From assembly GCA_951406725.2 (NCBI GenBank), contig OX597814.1, forward strand, positions 112,158,001 to 112,222,000: a stretch of DNA of 64,000 bases, in the 5' to 3' direction. Positions 56,463 through 64,000 of the stretch are shown one piece after another (position 1 is the first letter of the stretch; each line of letters begins with the position of its first letter). The notes under the pieces are model-generated. The model saw only the letters and a list, made by a program, of their open reading frames with translations, made no database searches and was not told the DNA's origin. The position numbers and the translations under genes are program-made. Origin of the DNA: Octopus vulgaris. Taxonomy: Eukaryota.

Positions 56463-57750
56463 CGTGTATGTGTACGACGGACTTCTTCCAGTTTCCGTCA
56501 ACCAAATCCACTCACATGGCTTTGGTAAATCCGGGGCTATAATAGAAGAAATTTGTCCTAGGTGCCACGCACTGGAACTGAACCCGGAACCATATGATTG
56601 GTAAGCAAGCTTCTTCCCACACGGCCACGCTGCATCATTTTTTAAAAATACAATATTAAATAGAACGAAATTAATTACGAGGGATGTATGAAAAGTCTTG
56701 AGCCTCAATGAAACAAAACATGGTACAAGACTTCTGAAGAAGGTACAAGACTTCAAGACTCAAAGGCCTTGAAGGCTCAAAAGCCTTCAAAGCTCAAAGC
56801 TTTTCATACGCCCCCCCCCCGTAAATTAATATCGTAATAGTAAGTAAATTGTTGCGTCAGCAAGTCAAGTGGAATCTCGTGGCATTGTGGCCAGATATAG
56901 GTGTGGTTCTGTGGTTTGGAAGATTGCTTCCCAACCACATGGTTTAGAGTTCAGCCCCATTGCGTGGCACCTTGTGCAAGTGTCTTCTGTCATAGGCTCC
57001 CGCCGGCCAAAGCCTTCTCATTGGATTTGGTAGGCGGAAACTGAATCCGATCGTGTATGTATATATATATATGTGTGCCTGTATGTGTGTGTGTGTGTGT
57101 GTGTGATTATTTGTGTGTATGTTGGTCCCCCCATCACCGTTTGTTTACTTCCCTGTAAACTAGCGGTACGGCAAAAGAGAGCGATAGAATAAGTACTAGA
57201 CTTACGTAGAATAAGTCCAGGAGTCGATTTCTTCGACTATATATGCGTGAATGTGTGTTTGTGTGTGTTTGTGTTTGGCCCCCACACACCATCGTTTGAC
57301 CACCGATGTTGGTGTGTTTACATCCCCGAAACTTAGCGGTTCAGCAAAAGAAAACGGTGCTCCAGCATGGCTGCAGTCAAGTAACTGAAAGAAGCAAAAG
57401 ACTAAAACAACAAAAAGAATATATATAATTTCTTCTACTTGTGTTCAGTCATTAGACTGCCGCCGTGCTGGGGCACCGCGTTGGAGAATTTTCGTGGAAC
57501 GAATCGATCCATGTGCTAATTTTCTTTTAAAATCTGGTACTCTATTCTATCGGCTGCTTTTGCCGAGCCGCTAAGTTACGGGGACGTAAACACACCAAAA
57601 CCGGTCCTCAAGCGGTGGTTGGGGACAAATACAGATACACACACACACACAACAGGCTTCTTTCAGCTGCCATCTACCAATTCCATTGGCAAGCATTTGG
57701 TTGGCCCGAGGCTGTTGTAGAAAAAGCTTGCCTAAGATATCACGCAGTTT
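55803..57750. mobile_element. Cluster of four SINE family A copies in alternating orientation (+,-,+,-)
   Basis: About 55803-56140 (+), 56165-56631 (-), 56898-57410 (+) and 57430-57750 (-). Confidence 0.82.
56678..56821. mobile_element. Mariner-like MITE, about 144 bp
   Basis: TA|cgagggatgtatgaaaagtcttgagc ... gctcaaagcttttcatacgccc..cg|TA. Confidence 0.7.
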
Positions 57751-57814
57751 GTTTTTATGTCAAGTAATGAATAAAAACGAATTAACATTAGACTAATTGT
57801 TACTCAAAACTTTC

Positions 57815-58210
57815 TAATGGCGAATATATTTATTCAATTCTTACAAGGAAAAGATTCGCTGCGGCCTCCAAAGTCTGACGAAGTCAAACCTTCGAAGTCA
57901 CTCTCAACCTTGTAAAAATTTAAATACACATTTAAATACTTTCTAGTGGAGGATATATTTATTAAATTCTTACGAGGAAAAGATTAGCTACGATTTCCAA
58001 AGTCTGACGAAAGCGAGCTAATCAAACTTTCGAAGTCACTCTCAACTTTGTAAAAATTTAAATACACATTTAAATACTTTCTAATGACGGATATATTTAT
58101 TAAATTCTTACAAGGAAAAGATTCGCTGCGGCCTCCAAAGTCTGACGAAAGCGAGCTAAGCAAACCTTCGAAGTTACTGTGAACCTCTTCTTGTAAAAGT
58201 TTAAATACAC
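57815..58210. repeat. Three tandem units of about 130-140 bp, each with its own terminal inverted repeats
   Basis: tttattaaattcttacaagg...gtctgacgaa...ttcgaagtcactctcaa.ttgtaaaaatttaaatacac, three times. Relatives at about 43645-43775 and 63908-63980. Confidence 0.85.
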
Positions 58211-58424
58211 ACATACATGTGGGTGTGTGTGTGTATGTGTGCGTGTGTGTATGTATGTATGTGTGGGTATTTATGTTATAAGTGTGGATGTGTATGTATC
58301 TGTGTTTTTTTTGTGTATGTGTCTAAGTTACTCGTCTTTTTACGCGCCAATCCAAAAGGCCCCGAATATTGCTCCCTCTGCTTTCAAGTGTTTATTTTTG
58401 CTTCCCTCTAATAACAAGAAAACA

Positions 58425-58477
<53 letters not shown>

Positions 58478-59214
58478 ACAAAAGGGTTCATCCCGGCAGC
58501 TATTAGCACAAACAATAGCAGATGTAAATTCATTTTCCTCTTCTTTCAACACTATATCATTCCATACTTTATTTCAATCAGAGAAGTCTCTTGGCTTTAC
58601 ACGAATCAAAAACGCTCAAACAAGCTTTTTATCTTTACACACACACACACACTTATTTAGCTATGATTAACGTTTGCATTTTTTTTCCTTCTCAATTTCA
58701 ATTAGCAAGCTCATTTTCCCTGTCTTTGTGTCTGTCTATAGTTTATTACACTCTGCTGCCTATTCTGAAGAAAGGGGCCATATGAATACTGCTAAGACAG
58801 TCAGTCAATGTCTGGCGATAAAACGTTAAGCAATGACAAATACAAAAGAGTAAAGCCGCATCAGATTTGAGCGAGATTTAAGTTGTCACATTTATACAAA
58901 CCTAAAACGAGGAGATTGTCAGAAGACTAAAGAAGGGATTAACGCTTAATCGATACTGATAACACAGGAATAACAGTCTCCCCAAATGAACTGAAGAGAT
59001 AGGAATTTAAGATGGATCTCTGGTGATTGTTATAGTCATTGAAAAAATAAATAAACTGTGAACAATATTGTGCAATTTAATGGATGAATGAACAGCAAAA
59101 GTTTAAATAGAAATGTATATTTTTTTATCGCTTATCTTTTAGTTGTTTCAGTTATTTGTCTGCGGCCATGCTGGGGCACAACATTGGCGAATTTTTTGAT
59201 ATAATGAATCGACC

Positions 59215-59252
<38 letters not shown>

Positions 59253-59394
59253 GATAAGCTTCATTCAGTTAACTAAATCCACTCACAAGGCTTTGGGCAG
59301 ACCCGAGACTATGCCACGCGGTGGAAATGAACTCGGGACCGTGCGGTTGGGAAGCAAGCCTCATACCCCAGTGCTTGCGTCTACAGCAAAAGTT

Positions 59395-59670
59395 TAAACA
59401 TTGGACCTGCTCTCTTCAACATTACACCAGGGCACGTCAAAAAAGAAACTGACCACACAAAATTCAAAAAGTCTTTGGACAAATTCCTTCAAACAGTACC
59501 GGACAAACCACCCACACCCGGATATGTCTCCGCAAACAATAACTCTCTGCTCGAATGGGCCTTGGTGCCCAAATCCTGAACTGAAAGACTTCACCAGGTG
59601 GTGCTATTAAGTTAGACATGGCCTGGGCCAATACTGGCCAAAACCTTTCTAAGTTATTCTAAGTTATTCA
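59395..59670 (+). mobile_element. CR1-clade LINE 3' fragment, second family
   Basis: GPALFNI...KFKKSLDKFLQTVPDKPP.PGY...NSLLEW. Tail caggtggtgctattaagttagacatggcctgg shared with about 42703-42733. Confidence 0.8.
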
Positions 59671-60220
59671 TATATATTAAAGGAAATAGAGAAAGACAAT
59701 TGACATATTAAAAATGTATTTACATTATAATATAATTATATAAAAAGATATATGTAAAATTGTTATTTCTTGGTATATTGTAATTATACCCTTTATTTGT
59801 GGTATTCAACTGTAGTACCAGTCAAAACTGGATGTTTTCCATCCCATTGAAGGAAATGGTTTTCCCCTTGCTTTGATTTATAATTATATAATAACGTTCG
59901 CTATTTTACCCTCGTTCTGGTCTAACGAGCCTCCATGTTTGTTTTCGTTCGGTTTCCTTGTATGTCTCCACTGTCCTGTTTTGTTCCCAACTTTGATCCT
60001 CCATAAATCCAAAGTTTTATTTTGGTACTTATGGGAGCAACTGTCTTCGAAGACACATATTGTCGTTGAATGCTCGAAATGAGGAGTAGAAAGACTGCCG
60101 ACAACTGGTGAAGGGTCGTTCTATGTGTTACTTGTCCTGTTTTCCATTTATTTCTCTCGTTGTTTACGTATTGAATTCATTTGTTTTTACTGTTGGTGAC
60201 GTCCTGTACCCTTATATATT

Positions 60221-60469
60221 TCTAATATATAAATCCCGTTCTGTCTGTCTGTTTGTACGCTTATTACTCGAGTATTGGTCATCCGAACGCGCTGAAATTT
60301 TAAATATGGATACGTGAGAGAGCGGGGCGTTCCGTAATCTAAAAAATTTTTTTAAATTGCCAGAAAGTGAGAAGCGCTATTTTTGCAATCCTTATGAGCT
60401 GTCCATCTGGTGAATAAAACTTCCATAACACCGTCCAAGTTAAACCTTTTCACCTATAGCGTTTGCTAG
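60221..60469 (+). mobile_element. Non-autonomous Helitron-like element
   Basis: 5' TCTAATATATAAA followed by (tctg)n; 3' CTAG|T. No clear 3' hairpin. Confidence 0.55.
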
Positions 60470-60481
60470 TATATATATATA

Positions 60482-61238
60482 TCTCTCTATATATAAACGG
60501 CAGTTTGTCTGTGCGTGTTTCTGTGTGTCTGTTTTCTCGTACCCTCACTCTGACCACGGCTTTCAACCGATTCTGATGAAACTTGACACACACATAGCCC
60601 AATGTCATAATTCAAAACTAACGCAGCGAAAATTTTGAAAAGTTCCCCCAGTTCTGAAAAAAAATCGATAAATTCGACATGGGGTCGAGAATGAGAAACC
60701 CAAACCACAGACCGTCTAGGGGACGCAACTCCACCTGTTTTAACTCTCAAAAAAAATTTACCATCATTTTTTTTCCATTTTTTTGCTATTTTTTGGCTAT
60801 AACTCTCTAAAAATGCTTTATAGTTATTTCCCTTACAAACCTGAGCAACGCCGGGCGATACTGCTATCTCTCTCTATATAAACGGCAGTTTGTCTGTGCG
60901 TGTTTCTGTGTGTCTGTTTTCTCGTACCCTCACTCTGACCACGGCTTTCAACCGATTCTGATGAAACTTGACACACACATAGCCCAATGTCATAATTCAA
61001 AACTAACGCAGCGAAAATTTTGAAAAGTTCCCCCAGTTCTGAAAAAATCGATAAATTCGACATGGGGTCGAGAATGAGAAACCCAAACCACAGACCGTCT
61101 AGGGGACGCAACTCCACCTGTTTTAACTCTCAAAAAAAATTTACCATCATTTTTTTTCTATTTTTTGGCTATAACTCTCTAAAAATGCTTTATAGTTATT
61201 TCCCTTACAAACCTGAGCAACGCCGGGCGATACTGCTA

Positions 61239-61239
<1 letters not shown>
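60482..61239 (+). mobile_element. Head-to-tail dimer of a ~380-bp non-autonomous Helitron
   Basis: Units 60482-60866 and 60867-61239 are almost identical. 5' A|TC..TATATAAA, subterminal hairpin cctgagcaacgccggg, 3' CTAG|T. Confidence 0.85.
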
Positions 61240-61292
<53 letters not shown>

Positions 61293-61317
61293 TTATATGT
61301 ATGTATGTATATATATA

Positions 61318-61538
61318 GCGTAGTACCTCGGTTTTCGAACACCTCTGATCACGAATAAATCGTGCTTTATATATGTGTGTGTGTGTGTGTGTGTGTATAT
61401 CAAGCACAATTTCTTCGTGATCAGAGGCGTTCGTAAGCCTTGGTACTACTTACTGTATTAAATGAATATGAGAAAGACTGGAGATAAAGCACGATTTATT
61501 CGTGATCAGAGCTGTTCTAAGACTGAGCTACTACTGTA
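61318..61538. mobile_element. pogo/Tigger-like MITE with one left and two right TIRs
   Basis: Left gtagtacctcggttttcgaacacctctgatcacgaataaatcgtgcttt. Reverse complements at about 61402-61449 and 61486-61536, the latter ending tactactg|ta. Confidence 0.7.
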
Positions 61539-62844
61539 TATATATATATATATATATAAACTAATAATAGAATACATAAGAAAAGTTTTGCGGTCGACCA
61601 ACCCTTAGAGGGTTAAAGCGGCAACGAAAACAGTTTCGTTCAACTGTAAAGCCGAATATTTGAACCGTTTCACTAATTTCAGAGGACACCCTTAATTATA
61701 ATTGTAATCCTTGTAGACATCATAACTGCTGCTGTTGTTGTTGCAGTTGTTGCTGTTATTCTATCATTTCTTTGTTTCATTCTTTTTCTTATATCTTTTA
61801 ATCCAAGTCTGCCAATTTCCCCCGTCCCCCCTTTTTGTGTTTTTTTTCTTCTTATTTTCCTCCTCCCCTCCTTCTTCTCCTCCTCCTTACGACACCTCCC
61901 TCACTCTCATTCAATTATTTCTACTCTCTGTTATTTTTTCTCATGGTGCACTATTTCATTTTTGACCTACACTTTTAACCTCTCCATTATCATTGTTTTC
62001 TATTCACAGGCATTATCTCATGCTCGTTACCCGTTTCTCATTCTCCCGTCTCTCTTTCCACTTTGTTCCTTTCTCCTCTCCCAATTAAGCAATCATTTGT
62101 TTGATCGTTTCTTTGTTTGATTGGTCTATTTGTTTGATTGTTTGATACTTCTGTACATGCCCGTCTCTTGCCTTTAGTTTGGCTCTCTTTCATCGTATAA
62201 CGTCACACTATCCCTGCCCTTCCCTCTCTCGCCTACTTTAAAATGAAGTGTCGTTATTAATCATCTTGACGCGAGAGTCTGCTCCCAGGCAGAAAGTAAC
62301 ACTGAGAGGGGGGGACAGAAAAGAGACTAGGGGAGGTGGTATAAATAAGGAAATACAGAGAGTGGTGGTGAGAGAGAGAGAGAGATAATATAGTTCAGGG
62401 TGATAAAGGTGATACGCTGAGTTGTTATTACAAGCCTGAAGAACAAAAATGGTATTATAATGCGAAAGAAGCAAGAAGCATACGTAACATTTAGATGCGC
62501 ACACGAATACACCGACATACTCTCAAATACACATACACACACACACACACACACAGGTAGGCACTCTGACTGCTCATATTGGTATGCCACTAAAATTCTG
62601 GTTTGAACTGCATTTGAAGTTGTGATTTAGTGAATGCCTTCTAAAACGGCTAGAAGTGGCTTCCCCTTGAGCAGATAGGTATAGATTAAAACAGAAATGA
62701 AAAGACATACGCTTTGGCAGGACTTGACAAGGCCATTTAATTTAGTTATATCACAACCCTTTTATTATATGACTAAATTAAATGTATTTGTAAAGTCTTG
62801 TCAAATCGTTTGCACTTTCATTTCTGCTTTAATATCTCTCTTTT

Positions 62845-63074
62845 ACTCTTTTACTCTTCAACTTGTTTCAGTCATTTGACTGCGGCCATGCTGGAGCACC
62901 GCCTTTAGTCGAGCAAATCGATCACAGGACTTACTCCTTGTAAGCTTAGTACTTATTCTATTGGAGTCTCTTGCCGAACCGCTAAGTTATGGGGACGTAA
63001 ACACGCCAGTATCGGTTGTCAAGCAATGTTGGGGGGACAAACAGACACACAAACACACACACACACACATATAT

Positions 63075-63112
<38 letters not shown>

Positions 63113-63288
63113 TTATACATATATACGAGGGTCTTCTTTCAGTTTCCGTCTACCAAATCCACTCACAAGGCTTTGGTCAGCCCGAGGCTATAGTAGAAGA
63201 CACTTGCCCAAAGTGCCACACAGTGGGATTGAAGCCGGAACCATGTGGTCGGTAAGTAAGCTACTTACTACACTGCCACTCCTGCGCC
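62845..63288 (-). mobile_element. SINE family A, full length
   Basis: Head (gccactcctgcgcc on +), internal microsatellite and tail all present. Confidence 0.88.
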
Positions 63289-63688
63289 TATATATATATC
63301 ATTTCCAATATATATATATATATATATATATAGGTAATTTCCAAAAGCCGAAACTCAAGTATGTAGATGTCCTAAACTGCATAAACTTTCATAGTAGTGC
63401 TTTTGAATACATTAATTCTTTCTGTTTCCACTCCTACTGTGAGTTCTCTGTTATCTTGCTGCTGTGTGGCTGTTTAATTAAGACTTTGGCTCTTATTTCT
63501 AGCAGGCTGAAGCTTTTCTGCATCCTTACGTTTCGTGTTGATTTGTTATTTATAGCTAAATAATGCTTTTTGCCTGCGAACCACCCCTATTATTACTGTT
63601 GATATCATCAATTTTAGATTTTTATCCACAGATGATATTAACTATAGTGATATCTTATTTCAAACTTTAGTGTTTTAATGTTTTGTTC

Positions 63689-63737
<49 letters not shown>

Positions 63738-64000
63738 CACACACACACATATATATATATATACATACTGCATAGATAGATAGATAGATGTACATATATG
63801 TATATATGTTGTGTATGTATGTATGTATGTGTATGTGGCTTTTTAAGTCAAGTTTTATACAAAAAGAATTTAGCACTAAACTGAAGAATTACTCTATTTC
63901 TGAGTACATGTTTATTAAACTTTTACAAGAGAGGTGACAGTGACTTCGAAGTGTCACCCTCCTAACCTTCATTGGACTATTTGTATGAATGTATGTGTGT

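Noticed and set aside
57815-58210. CRISPR-like periodicity
   Set aside because: Whole units are repeated with no unique spacers; eukaryotic context and no cas genes.
60574-60590. CTGATGA words here and at about 2865, 12581, 41976 and 53840
   Set aside because: No stem II followed by GAAA and NUH, so not counted as hammerheads.

Overview
Eukaryotic, AT-rich window dominated by microsatellites and transposable elements. The SINE families and the density of (TA)n/(CA)n/(TAA)n suggest a coleoid cephalopod, probably Octopus (inference, not verified). The only host coding sequence I can support is one 234-nt minus-strand exon (451-684) of an Iroquois/Irx TALE-homeobox gene. The rest is its intron or upstream region. 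Repeats present: four tRNA-headed SINE families, a decayed near-full-length CR1-clade LINE plus two 3' fragments, six 5'-truncated R4/Dong-type retrotransposon copies at (TAA)n tracts with a ~550-bp non-coding element sharing that target, a Penelope-like GIY-YIG relic, mariner/pogo-like MITEs and a head-to-tail array of non-autonomous Helitrons. The most notable signals are dispersed minimal hammerhead-ribozyme cores (one intact at 14057-14092) and fold-back palindromes sitting in (TA)n, both probably Penelope-derived. Also notable are a shared SINE/CR1 3' tail and TAA-specific targeting. Most ORFs in the supplied track are translations of simple repeats. Repeat boundaries were read by eye and are approximate.
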